Source of the DNA: Pseudomonadota bacterium
GTDB lineage: Bacteria > Pseudomonadota > Alphaproteobacteria > Sphingomonadales > JBCDDR01
Length of the DNA: 38,463 nucleotides
Assembly (NCBI GenBank): GCA_039180205.1
Contig: JBCDDR010000001.1
Location: forward strand, 1 to 38,463
Direction of reading: 5' to 3'
The notes under the pieces were generated by a model. It worked only from the letters and a program-made list of their open reading frames with translations. It was not told the origin of the DNA and ran no database searches. Below, piece after piece: positions 9,792-18,987 of this stretch. The position numbers and the translations under genes were made by a program. The stretch's first letter is position 1. Each line of letters opens with the position of its first letter.

Positions 9792-10571
9792 ATGGCGAAA
9801 TCATCGGCAAAGCAGCGAGCAGACGTTTTGGTGGTCGCGCGAAACCTTGCCGAAACAAGGGCGCGGGCTCAAGCGCTGATCCTGGCCGGTAAGGTCATCG
9901 CCAATGACCAGCGGGTGGAAAAACCGGGTCAACAACTCCCCGCCGATGCCCAACTCCGTCTCAAAGGCCCCGACCATCCGTGGGTAAGCCGTGGTGGGCT
10001 TAAACTGGCCCATGCTCTTGAGGTGACAGGGTGGTCGATGGAGGGTGCGCGCGTGCTCGATATCGGGGCATCCACAGGTGGCTTCACTGATGTGTCGCTT
10101 GACCAGGGGGCATCGAAGGTGTGGGCGGTCGATGTTGGCCATGGGCAGCTGCACTGGCGGCTTCAAAACCATGAGCGGGTTACGGTGCTGGATAAAACGA
10201 ATGCCCGCTTTCTTGATGATCGACAGCTTGGGCTGTCCAACACTTCGATCGAAAATCAACGCCCAAACTGGCTCATTTGCGATGCCAGTTTCATCAGTTT
10301 GAAAACGGTTTTGCCAGCACCTCTCGCCTGCCTCACCCCCGATGCCCAGGTGATCACATTGATCAAGCCCCAGTTCGAGGTGGGGCGCGAGGCCCTTGGT
10401 AAGGGCGGCGTGGTGAGAGACCGTGCGCTCCATGATGCCGTTTGTCGGGATATCGGTCATTGGTTCACATGCGAGATGGGCTGGCGGGTAACGCATCTCA
10501 TTGAAAGCCCAATCCAGGGGCCCCAGGGCAATCGCGAATTCCTCCTTTGTGGCCGCTGCGGAACATTTTGA
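9792..10571 (+). CDS. tlyA: TlyA-family rRNA (cytidine-2'-O)-methyltransferase
   Basis: N-terminal S4-like domain (RADVLVVARNLAETRARAQALILAGKV) and an FtsJ-type SAM motif (VLDIGASTGGFTD). Confidence 0.9.
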   Translation: MAKSSAKQRADVLVVARNLAETRARAQALILAGKVIANDQRVEKPGQQLPADAQLRLKGPDHPWVSRGGLKLAHALEVTGWSMEGARVLDIGASTGGFTDVSLDQGASKVWAVDVGHGQLHWRLQNHERVTVLDKTNARFLDDRQLGLSNTSIENQRPNWLICDASFISLKTVLPAPLACLTPDAQVITLIKPQFEVGREALGKGGVVRDRALHDAVCRDIGHWFTCEMGWRVTHLIESPIQGPQGNREFLLCGRCGTF

Positions 10572-10572
10572 C

Positions 10573-11853
10573 GTGGAACGGGCGGGACATTTGCACGATA
10601 TCACCATCGAGCGGATCGGGGCCCGCGGCGATGGCATCGGAACGGTTGATGGGAAACCGGCTTATGTCCCTTTTACCGCACCCGGAGACCAGATCCGTGC
10701 GAAGGTTGCCGCCGCTGGGCAAGGAACGGTTGTTGAAATCCTGTCTGCCTCACCCGGGAGAATCTCTCCCCTCTGCTCCCATTTCGGTCGCTGCGGCGGA
10801 TGCGCGCTTCAGCATATTTCCGAACCAATCTATGCGGAATGGCTGAGAACGCGGATCGCAGACGCGCTCTCCCCGAAAGGGTTCGCCCGTGATGACCTAC
10901 TGGGTAGCATCATATCCGACCCTATTATTTCGCCGCCAGCCAGCCGCCGCAGGGCAACAATGCATCTTGTCGCCGCGGGCGGTGGACGCGCCCACATCGG
11001 CTTTCACAGGCGCGCCAGTCATGTCGTTGAACCCTTGAGCGAATGCGCAGTGCTTTTACCCGAAATTTTTGCGGTCGCGAAGCATATTGCAAGAGAAGCC
11101 GTCGCGCTTGCACCGGCGCAAATCATGCTCACCCGGGTTGAAGAGGGAATCGACGTGGTTGCCTCCGGGTTTCGCGACATCACGCCTGATATCCAGTTTG
11201 TGCTCGCTGAATTGTTGCAAGCCCCGATGGTCGTCCGGATGACGGCGCGCGCCAAGAACGGCGATGAGCTTTCGCTATCAGAAAGCCCGCCGCATGTGCG
11301 CTTCCGTGGCATGGCAGTCCCCTTCCCCGCAGGTGCATTTTTGCAGGCCACCAAGGCCGGCGAAATCGCGATGCAGGATGCCGTTTCAAAAGCCGTCTCG
11401 CCTGACGCCGTCATCGCTGACTTGTTTTCGGGGCTTGGCACTTTCAGCCTGCCGCTTGCGCGTACCCGCAAGGGACGAGGCCATGTGACGGCAGTTGAGG
11501 GTGCGCGTGACCTGATCGACGCGCAATTACAAATTTCCCGCATTCAGCGTCTGCGGCTGAAAACCGAACACCGGGACCTGTTTCGCAAACCTCTCTCCCC
11601 TCCGGAACTGGAACCGTTTGATACGGTTATTTTTGATCCGCCGCGTGCGGGCGCCGACGCGCAATCGAGGGCGCTGGCTACCAGCCGGGTCCCGCAGGTC
11701 ATCGCGCTTTCCTGCAACCCCAACACATTCGCGCGCGATGCGCGAACACTGGTAAATGGTGGCTATAAGCTCACCGCAATCACCCCCGTTGGGCAGTTTT
11801 TATGGTCGCACCATGTTGAGTTGGTTGCCGAGTTTGAAAAAGCGCAGCCATAG
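10573..11853 (+). CDS. Class I SAM-dependent RNA (uracil-5-)-methyltransferase, RlmD/TrmA family
   Basis: TRAM-like N-terminus (ITIERIGARGDGIG), Fe-S cysteine cluster CSHFGRCGGCALQH, SAM motif DLFSGLGTFSLPLA, DPPRAGA, and catalytic-Cys motif SCNPNTFARD. The start was set to GTG 10573, 1 nt after the tlyA stop. The TTG at 10501 would overlap tlyA by 71 nt. Confidence 0.85.
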   Translation: MERAGHLHDITIERIGARGDGIGTVDGKPAYVPFTAPGDQIRAKVAAAGQGTVVEILSASPGRISPLCSHFGRCGGCALQHISEPIYAEWLRTRIADALSPKGFARDDLLGSIISDPIISPPASRRRATMHLVAAGGGRAHIGFHRRASHVVEPLSECAVLLPEIFAVAKHIAREAVALAPAQIMLTRVEEGIDVVASGFRDITPDIQFVLAELLQAPMVVRMTARAKNGDELSLSESPPHVRFRGMAVPFPAGAFLQATKAGEIAMQDAVSKAVSPDAVIADLFSGLGTFSLPLARTRKGRGHVTAVEGARDLIDAQLQISRIQRLRLKTEHRDLFRKPLSPPELEPFDTVIFDPPRAGADAQSRALATSRVPQVIALSCNPNTFARDARTLVNGGYKLTAITPVGQFLWSHHVELVAEFEKAQP

Positions 11854-12921
11854 ATAGGTCAACGCCATACCCGTACAGGCGCCAACAGTGTTCGCGAGAT
11901 AATCTGGCAGATTTGGCGAACGCCCCGAAATAAAATGCTGTGCGACCTCGGCGGAAAGCGCGATCACCAGAACCGCGAGGATGATCTGCAATGCCGACCA
12001 CCCGGCCCGGACCATCATGCGTGAGAGGGCGGCGGACAGACAAAGGAATACGCCTGCGTGCACGACATGCGACATATCGATATACACGCCCGTCGAGCTT
12101 GGTGACCAGTCGACGTTTGCCCGCCAGATGATTTTTGTGATGAATGAGGGTTCTATATAAAGCGCGGTTAAGAATCTTCGCTCAATGGCACCCGGGGCGG
12201 CGAGCAGAAAGGCCGATCCCGCAAAGACGAGGACAACGGTGCGCGACAAAAGCATTGGCAAATGCGGCAGGATCGCACGCGTGAGCGCAATGAGATAAAG
12301 CACCCAACCAACTGCCACAAACGAGCGTGCGCCGACAATCCAACTGCGGTCTTTCATCCAGATGACGGAGATGTCGCGCAAACGGATCTGTCCCGCCGCA
12401 CCCTTGAGTATTTGCGGACCAAGCCGGACATAGCCCGCTTCATAGGGGAGAGGGAGAATACGCTCCACGGAGACAGCACCGCGATAATTGTAAAAAATGC
12501 CAAGATGATGATCTGCTTGGGAAATCGCACGCCCACCTAGCTCGTAGCTGAGGCCAATCACACGCGGTGCTATCCAGCGGAACTCCCCCACTTGCTTCAC
12601 GTCCACAAAACCATGCCAGCGGACTTTCAATGCCTCAGCATGGCGTGGGGGCTTGAGAACACGAAACGCATAAGCGGACGACGAGGGTTCGTCTTTGGTC
12701 AAAGACAAACCTTTGCGGGACACCCGCACATAGTCTTTGGAATGAGTTAGACCTGCGAGGCTGTTGAGTTTGAACTTCACCTCAACCAACGGGGCAAAGC
12801 GGACTTCCGGCCGATGGATTGCCACGGTGAGAAGCGAAAGCCCAAGCGCCGCGATCAAATACACTAAGTATCGCCGCGGCAACACGGCCCACACGCTAGA
12901 GCGGGCGACCGGTACGTTCAT
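11800..12921 (-). CDS. Membrane protein with a C-terminal VanZ-like domain and an unassigned ~190-aa extracytoplasmic N-terminal domain
   Basis: The C-terminal part carries the VanZ-type motif EVAQHFISGRSPNLPDYLANTVGACTG, preceded by several TM helices. TM1 is YLVYLIAALGLSLLTVAI. The start is ambiguous: ATG 12921 (26-nt overlap with the SDR), GTG 12894 (1 nt after the SDR stop), or ATG 12990 (95-nt overlap). Confidence 0.7.
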   Translation of the reverse strand: MNVPVARSSVWAVLPRRYLVYLIAALGLSLLTVAIHRPEVRFAPLVEVKFKLNSLAGLTHSKDYVRVSRKGLSLTKDEPSSSAYAFRVLKPPRHAEALKVRWHGFVDVKQVGEFRWIAPRVIGLSYELGGRAISQADHHLGIFYNYRGAVSVERILPLPYEAGYVRLGPQILKGAAGQIRLRDISVIWMKDRSWIVGARSFVAVGWVLYLIALTRAILPHLPMLLSRTVVLVFAGSAFLLAAPGAIERRFLTALYIEPSFITKIIWRANVDWSPSSTGVYIDMSHVVHAGVFLCLSAALSRMMVRAGWSALQIILAVLVIALSAEVAQHFISGRSPNLPDYLANTVGACTGMALTYLWLRFFKLGNQLNMVRP

Positions 12922-13693
12922 AAGCCATACGACGCAGTTTGCGCATGCCACCGACCCAACGGTCATAATTGCTGACTTTACGCGCGACATAGTCGGCGAC
13001 TTGTGGATGCGGCAGGATCATGAATTGCTCCGCCGCAAGACCGGCCATCACGCTGTCGCACAAATCTTCAACCGGGAGCTTGCCATCGGTAAGCGTCGTT
13101 GAGCCCTCCATTCCTTCAGTCATGCGGGTTTCGACCCCCTGTGGGCAAAGGGCCGAGACCTTGATCCCTTCATCGCCATGGCTGATCGCCAGGCTTTCGG
13201 CATAGCCGATCGCCGCATGTTTGGTCGTCGAATAGGCGGCGTCCCCCACCTGGCTCAACAGGCCCGCCGCGGAAGAGGTGATCAGGAAATACCCATCACC
13301 ACGTTCGCGCATACCCGGCAGAAACGCGCGCGTGAGGTAGACAGACGCCATGACATTGACCTGCCAAGCGACCTCCCACTGTTTGTTTGTCTGACTTCCG
13401 CTTGTCCAGTCAGGACCATCGGAAAAGGCAACCCCGGCATTTGAGCAGACCAGATGAACGTCACCCACGCGGCTTAGAAAATCTTCGCTGGCGGTTTGGA
13501 CCTGGGCCTCGTTCGACATATCGACGCCGTAAGCAATGCCTTCCATCTCGCTCGCCGTGGCTTCAGCGGCGTCCATATCGCGATCAAAAAGCGCGATTGT
13601 CCCCGCCCCCTCTTTCCGAAACCGCTTGGCAAGCGCAGCCCCAATGCCATGCGCTGCGCCGGTGATGACGATATTCTTGCCTTTGATATCCAT
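12896..13693 (-). CDS. SDR-family oxidoreductase
   Basis: Cofactor motif TGAAHGIGAALA, NAG motif and catalytic YSTTKHA. 265 aa. Confidence 0.9.
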   Translation of the reverse strand: MDIKGKNIVITGAAHGIGAALAKRFRKEGAGTIALFDRDMDAAEATASEMEGIAYGVDMSNEAQVQTASEDFLSRVGDVHLVCSNAGVAFSDGPDWTSGSQTNKQWEVAWQVNVMASVYLTRAFLPGMRERGDGYFLITSSAAGLLSQVGDAAYSTTKHAAIGYAESLAISHGDEGIKVSALCPQGVETRMTEGMEGSTTLTDGKLPVEDLCDSVMAGLAAEQFMILPHPQVADYVARKVSNYDRWVGGMRKLRRMAYERTGRPL

Positions 13694-13732
13694 GTTTTAT
13701 CCTGTCGAAAGTGTTGTTCGTTTGAGCCGACG

Positions 13733-14242
13733 TTAGCTTCCCGGCTTCATCATCATTGAGACAAGTTTCCCCGACTGGGGGTTTTCGAAATCATCGATCT
13801 CACGAAAGCCCATCTTCTGATGGAACGCAAGCGATGGTGCGTTGGCGGGGCGTTTGTTCACTTCAGAGGTGATCGTATTTGCTCCCAGCTCAGTAAATGC
13901 CGCTTGATAGAGCCCGCGCCCAATATTTTGACGGTGATAGGCAGGGTCGACCAGGATGCGATCGACATAAGAAAACGCATCGAAACGCGAACAGAACCAA
14001 TCATAATTCGCGCTGTCATAAGCCAGTCGGTTTGGTGTTCCCGGCAGGATCAACAAAAGCCCGACAAGTATCTCACCCTCGAATGCTCCTATGTGGCATT
14101 CTGCATGTCTGAAGAGCCAATTGACCTCGCCATCATTAAGTTCATTCACATTGGGAACGGCGGCGTTATTCAGCGTCCGCCATCGACCCCTCAGAGCCTG
14201 TGGCTTGCCAAATTCGCCCATTAGCGACTGGAACTCAATCAT
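13733..14242 (-). CDS. GNAT-family N-acetyltransferase (small family with a NYDWF-type motif)
   Basis: GNAT core RQNIGRGLYQAAF and AFHQKMGF. The start was set to ATG 14242, which overlaps the upstream stop as ATGATTGA. The ORF-track start at 14293 would overlap the transporter by 59 nt. Confidence 0.8.
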   Translation of the reverse strand: MIEFQSLMGEFGKPQALRGRWRTLNNAAVPNVNELNDGEVNWLFRHAECHIGAFEGEILVGLLLILPGTPNRLAYDSANYDWFCSRFDAFSYVDRILVDPAYHRQNIGRGLYQAAFTELGANTITSEVNKRPANAPSLAFHQKMGFREIDDFENPQSGKLVSMMMKPGS

Positions 14243-14756
14243 CCACCGCCTCGATTGTTTTGCCAGCCTTGGCTCCGGGGGCCGTATTCCCATTGCCCGT
14301 TGACAGCTGCATCACAATCACACCCGCCAGAACCAACAGGGTTCCGAAAATGCGCCCCGTGGAGATGTTGCGTTCCGGCAAACCAAGTACTGCGAAATGA
14401 TCCATCAAAAGTGCCCCGGTCATTTGCCCGGCAACCAGCGACGCAAACAAAACCCCCATGCCGAGCTTGGGGGCGAGTACGAGGCTGGTCGTTACGATAA
14501 TCACGCCAAAGATACCCCCGGTCCAAAGCCACCAGGGTGCGCGCATCAGACCGTCAACCGGTGGCGGGCCGACCCTGAGGACAATAATCAGCGTCAGAAT
14601 AGATAAAACGCCGCCACCAAAAGAGATGAGCGAGGCCCAGAGCGGATGCGTTAAATAGCTGCCGAGTTTTGAATTCACGACCGCCTGCATTGGCGTGATT
14701 GCCCCCGCAAATATTGCAAGCGCAATCAGCAGCACAAGGGTGAGCGTGAACGCCAT
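14235..14756 (-). CDS. DMT-superfamily transporter, YdcZ/DUF606-like
   Basis: About 5 TM helices. The pattern MQAVVNSKLG ... PWWLWTGGIFGV ... GQMTGALLMDHFAVLG matches my memory of the DUF606 family. The start was set to ATG 14756, with GAAGGA 9 nt upstream. Confidence 0.75.
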   Translation of the reverse strand: MAFTLTLVLLIALAIFAGAITPMQAVVNSKLGSYLTHPLWASLISFGGGVLSILTLIIVLRVGPPPVDGLMRAPWWLWTGGIFGVIIVTTSLVLAPKLGMGVLFASLVAGQMTGALLMDHFAVLGLPERNISTGRIFGTLLVLAGVIVMQLSTGNGNTAPGAKAGKTIEAVDD

Positions 14757-14846
14757 CGTTTTTCGTCCTTCCATGGGGAGAACTTTCAAGACTGAACCGA
14801 CCAGGCCAATGGGCGAGGCATACTGCGATTGAGACTATAGGTGAAG

Positions 14847-16031
14847 CTATCGGTTGCTGGCGCGCACTTTTTCGGTTTCGCTTTTCAATTGGCCGCACGC
14901 CGCCATGATATCGCGGCCGCGCGGTGTGCGGATGGGGGCAGAGATACCCGCCTCAAACACGATGTCGCTGAAGCGCTTGATCCGTTCATAGGTTGAACAT
15001 TCATAGGCAACGCCTGGCCAGGGATTAAAGGGGATGAGATTGACCTTCGCCGGCAAATCATAGGCCTTTAGCAACCGCACGAGCTCGCGCGCATCTTCGT
15101 CGCTATCGTTTTTGTCCTTCAGCATCACATATTCAAACGTGATCCGCCGGGCATTGTGGGTGCCCGGATAGCGCGCGCAGGCGGCCAAAAGATCTTCGAT
15201 CCCGTATTTTTTGTTGAGCGGTACAATTTCGTCGCGCACATCCTTGGTGACCGCATGCAGCGATACGGCCAAATTAACGCCGATCTCCGACCCGCAGCGA
15301 TCCATCATCGGCACCACGCCAGAGGTCGACAGCGTGATGCGACGCCGCGACATCTGGGTCCCTTCCTCGTCCATCACGATCTGCAGCGCTTTTTTGACCT
15401 CGTCAAAATTATAGAGCGGCTCGCCCATCCCCATCATGACGATGTTGGTAACAAACCGCCCTTCGGTGGATGAAGGCCATTCCCCAAGGTCATCACGGGC
15501 AATCATCAATTGGGCGACAATCTCCCCCGCCGTCAGATTGCGCACGAGCCGTTGTGTCCCGGTATGGCAAAACCGGCAATTGAGCGTACACCCCACCTGT
15601 GACGACACACACAGCGTTCCGCGATCCTCATCGGGAATGAAAACCGTTTCCGCTTCCGCCCCATCGGCAAAACGCAAAAGCCATTTGCGTGTCCCGTCTT
15701 CGGAATATTCCGCCGAGGTAATCTCAGGGCGCGATACAGTCATCACGGCTTCGAGCGACGCGCGTACGGTCTTGGCGACGTTCGCCATATCGGCAAATTG
15801 AGTGACGCCGCGATGGTAAATCCAATGCCATATCTGTCGCGTGCGCATATTCGCCTGGCGTTCCGGCACACCGGCATCGATCAGGGCTGCCCGCAATTCT
15901 TCGCGGGTGAGCCCCAGAATATCGACTTTTGCATCGGCGTTGCGCGGCTTGCGCGGCAGCACGATCGGGTCATTCGGGCCGGGAATGTGCGGCGCGGTGA
16001 CCGCTTCGGTTGGGATTTGATTCTGTGTCAT
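14847..16031 (-). CDS. rlmN: 23S rRNA (adenine2503-C2)/tRNA methyltransferase, radical SAM
   Basis: Radical-SAM motif [11 protein letters not shown], with MGMGEPL and a C-terminal catalytic Cys (MAACGQL). 394 aa. Confidence 0.95.
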   Translation of the reverse strand: MTQNQIPTEAVTAPHIPGPNDPIVLPRKPRNADAKVDILGLTREELRAALIDAGVPERQANMRTRQIWHWIYHRGVTQFADMANVAKTVRASLEAVMTVSRPEITSAEYSEDGTRKWLLRFADGAEAETVFIPDEDRGTLCVSSQVGCTLNCRFCHTGTQRLVRNLTAGEIVAQLMIARDDLGEWPSSTEGRFVTNIVMMGMGEPLYNFDEVKKALQIVMDEEGTQMSRRRITLSTSGVVPMMDRCGSEIGVNLAVSLHAVTKDVRDEIVPLNKKYGIEDLLAACARYPGTHNARRITFEYVMLKDKNDSDEDARELVRLLKAYDLPAKVNLIPFNPWPGVAYECSTYERIKRFSDIVFEAGISAPIRTPRGRDIMAACGQLKSETEKVRASNR

Positions 16032-16103
16032 GCGCGCGGATATAAGCGTTCCGATAGGAAAAAGCGAGCCCTGAACAAATCAGATGCCCATCTTGGTCCC
16101 GCT

Positions 16104-16628
16104 TTATGGCGGGTTGGCCCAATCCCGACGCTGAAACTGATGAACGAGGCATTCGTCATTGCCAAACCGGTGATATTTCAATGCTTCAAAGCCGAGGCGT
16201 TCATAAAATCGAATTGCGGCGCTGTTCCGCACGAGGGGATCAATCAATACCCGCTGGACGGTTGGAACCGCAAAACAAAGTGCCAGCGCCTGACGCATCA
16301 TCTCAGTTCCATAACCTTTACTGAGATTTTCACGTGCGCCAATCCAGATATCAAGGGCGCGAAGGTCATGGGGAACGGGATCGGGCGCAAAATAACGCGC
16401 CCAATATTGGGTATCTTCCTGAGCGGGATCAATGAGATAGACAATCCCCACCGGGCCCTGTTCGGTTTCAGCGATCAGCAAATCGCGCCATGGCGGATCC
16501 TCATCGATGTCTTCGGCCCACAAAATAACGTCATCGCTACCACCGCTTTCAATCACGTGCGGTTCTTTATCCCAGGCGTCTAAGATCGGAACATCGCTCA
16601 ACAGGGCTTTACGCAGACGGAGCGGCAT
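16104..16628 (-). CDS. GNAT-family N-acetyltransferase (AAC(6')/Acetyltransf_8-like)
   Basis: 174 aa. GNAT core LSKGYGTEMMRQAL and AIRFYERLGF. It begins 12 nt after the stop of the upstream carboxypeptidase gene. Confidence 0.8.
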   Translation of the reverse strand: MPLRLRKALLSDVPILDAWDKEPHVIESGGSDDVILWAEDIDEDPPWRDLLIAETEQGPVGIVYLIDPAQEDTQYWARYFAPDPVPHDLRALDIWIGARENLSKGYGTEMMRQALALCFAVPTVQRVLIDPLVRNSAAIRFYERLGFEALKYHRFGNDECLVHQFQRRDWANPP

Positions 16629-16640
16629 TTCAGGTGCCCA

Positions 16641-17771
16641 TCAGCGCAAATCCGCAAGCATCATAACCAGTGTGGTCAGGCAATCGTGGGCGAGATATTT
16701 CGCACGCTCGGGAGACCACCCGGTGTGTTCCATCGGTAAGTCGGCATTGTCCTTAAACGGCATTTCCAGGGTCATGGCGAGCGACCCGAAACGCTCAGCG
16801 ATCTGATTCGTCGCCATACTGAGGTTCGCCTGGCCCGGCTTCGCTATGGGATAGCCATGCTTTGTCTGAAAATCGGGGGAAAGCGCCGCCAAAAGCCGCG
16901 TATAGGTCGTGAGCCGTTCGAGCATGGCCTCGGTTGCGGAAGGGATGCCCTCAAATCCGGCGATGAAATTATAGGGAAGCGCTTCATCCCCATGAACATC
17001 GAGGCAGAAATCAACACCCGTTTCGTCCATCATATCGCGAACCAGGGCCACCTCGGGACATGTTTTCATGGAGGGTTCGCGCCATTCGCGGTTCAGGTTA
17101 CGCCCGGCAGCGTTCGTCCGCAGGTTGCCCCGCTTCGAGCCATCCGGGTTCATGTTTGGGACAATGTAAAGCACTGCTTTTTCGAGCAATGTTGCGGTCA
17201 CCGGGTCATTGCGGTCTGAAAGCCGTTCAAGCGCGCCTTCGACCCACCATTCGGCCATCGTCTCACCGGGATGCTGCCTGGCAATAAACCAGCAGACTGG
17301 CTTCCCTTTTTCGGGCAGCCCGACCCGAACCATGTCAAGCGGCTGACCATCGAGCGTTTGCCCAAGAACGGTAACGTCCATATGCGGTTCAAGGCTCATG
17401 GCGCCGACAAGATCGCGGTGACGTTCGCTCGAATAGGGAACGAAGTAAGCATAATAGACATGATCGGTCGCGGGCATGTGTTGGATCGTCAGAACGTCGC
17501 CATCATAGCTCGTGCCGACGCGGAACCAGTGCTGGCGATCGTAGGACGCGCAGGCACTGTACCCCTCCCAGCCCTTTGGGTAGGCACTTTTCCCCGCATT
17601 CTCGATGCGCAACGTCAATGGGATGTCCTTGGCGTCGGCAACATCAAAATGAAACCACTGATAAAAATCGCTTGCATTATCTTTTCGAATGGCAAGGCGA
17701 ATAAAACCCGGGTCTTCGGCATTGAGAACCTCGATGTTGCCACTGTCAAATGCGCTCGAGACGAAGACCAT
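16641..17771 (-). CDS. M14-family zinc carboxypeptidase, bacterial cytosolic-carboxypeptidase (M14D-like) type
   Basis: No signal peptide. N-terminal beta domain (FDSGNIEV...), Zn and catalytic motifs HPGETMAEWW, NPDG and DVHGDE, and TLEMPF near the C-terminus. Confidence 0.85.
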   Translation of the reverse strand: MVFVSSAFDSGNIEVLNAEDPGFIRLAIRKDNASDFYQWFHFDVADAKDIPLTLRIENAGKSAYPKGWEGYSACASYDRQHWFRVGTSYDGDVLTIQHMPATDHVYYAYFVPYSSERHRDLVGAMSLEPHMDVTVLGQTLDGQPLDMVRVGLPEKGKPVCWFIARQHPGETMAEWWVEGALERLSDRNDPVTATLLEKAVLYIVPNMNPDGSKRGNLRTNAAGRNLNREWREPSMKTCPEVALVRDMMDETGVDFCLDVHGDEALPYNFIAGFEGIPSATEAMLERLTTYTRLLAALSPDFQTKHGYPIAKPGQANLSMATNQIAERFGSLAMTLEMPFKDNADLPMEHTGWSPERAKYLAHDCLTTLVMMLADLR

Positions 17772-17895
17772 ATGGCTAACCCTTATTCATGATTTTCTAA
17801 GATCAACCGGGTCATAGCATCGGGATACAGAATGGACTATAGCACTCGGGACGTTTTGTGCATTTCGAGGGCAACGAAAGGTTTCGAGGGACCCG

Positions 17896-18888
17896 ATGAG
17901 CAAAAGTGATTTTTCTGTTCTTGTCACAGGTGGTGCGGGATATATTGGGAGCCACGCGGTGTTCGCGCTTCTTGATGCGCACGCAAAGGTAACGGTGATC
18001 GACAATCTATCGACGGGTGTGCGCGCGAATGTTTCGCCCGATGCCCGTTTTGTTGAGGGCGACATTGGTGATCGAGACACACTCGACACCCTGTTAACTG
18101 ACGGAAATTTCACCGCAATCATGCATTTTGCAGGTTCGGTGGTTGTGCCTGAGTCGGTTTCCGATCCGCTCAAATATTATGGCAACAACACCGCCAATAC
18201 CCGCCTCTTGATCGACCGAGCCGTTGCGCACAAGGTGCCGCACTTTATTTTCTCTTCAACTGCCGCGGTCTACGGTATTCCCGAAGGTACGGTGGCAACC
18301 GAGGCAACGCCCACACTACCGATCAACCCTTACGGCGCGTCAAAACTTATGAGCGAATGGATGCTGCGCGATGTGGCAGCGACAGGAAAGCTCAATTATG
18401 CAGCGCTTCGCTATTTCAACGTGGCGGGGGCCGACCCTGAAGGGCGGACAGGCCAATCCACCCCGAATGCGACGCATTTGATCAAGGTCGCGGCCGAAGC
18501 CGCGCTCGGCAAGCGCCGCGAGGTCAGCATTTTCGGCACCGATTTTCCCACCCGCGATGGCACAGGCGTGCGCGACTATATCCACGTGAGCGATCTTGTC
18601 GCAGCACACGTGGCAGCGCTCAATCATTTGCGCGCGTTCCCAAACGATAGCCATGTCCTAAACTTAGGGTATGGACATGGCTATTCGGTACGCGAAGTTC
18701 TCGATGCCGTAAAACGCGTGAATGGCAGCGATTTCCCGGTAAATGAGGCGGCGCGCAGGCCTGGCGACCCGCCCGAACTCGTCGCTGATAGCTCGCGCCT
18801 TCGCGATACGCTCGATTGGCAGGCGCGTTATGATGATCTCGATTTAATTGTCCGTTCAGCAATCGGATGGGAATCAAAACTGAGCTAG
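17896..18888 (+). CDS. galE: UDP-glucose 4-epimerase
   Basis: VLVTGGAGYIGSH Rossmann motif, YGASK catalytic motif and RYFNVAGADPEGR. 330 aa. Confidence 0.93.
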   Translation: MSKSDFSVLVTGGAGYIGSHAVFALLDAHAKVTVIDNLSTGVRANVSPDARFVEGDIGDRDTLDTLLTDGNFTAIMHFAGSVVVPESVSDPLKYYGNNTANTRLLIDRAVAHKVPHFIFSSTAAVYGIPEGTVATEATPTLPINPYGASKLMSEWMLRDVAATGKLNYAALRYFNVAGADPEGRTGQSTPNATHLIKVAAEAALGKRREVSIFGTDFPTRDGTGVRDYIHVSDLVAAHVAALNHLRAFPNDSHVLNLGYGHGYSVREVLDAVKRVNGSDFPVNEAARRPGDPPELVADSSRLRDTLDWQARYDDLDLIVRSAIGWESKLS

Positions 18889-18987
18889 TGTGATCGTGTT
18901 AACCATGAATAAGTATAGACGCTAGAAAGCAAAAACAGCATATACGCCTATCTGATAGAGCTTGTTATCAAGTTTTAGGGGGAATTT

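Noticed and set aside
10501-10572. TTG start at 10501 for the RNA methyltransferase, which would overlap tlyA by 71 nt.
   Set aside because: The extension (MKAQSRGPRAIANSSFVAAAEHFD) adds no domain, since the TRAM domain begins after it. A GTG sits 1 nt after the tlyA stop. The start remains unproven.
12922-12990. ATG starts at 12990 and 12966 for the VanZ-like gene, which would overlap the SDR gene by 95 and 71 nt.
   Set aside because: Such long same-strand overlaps are improbable, and the extra residues precede the first TM helix without any motif. ATG 12921 or GTG 12894 is more plausible.
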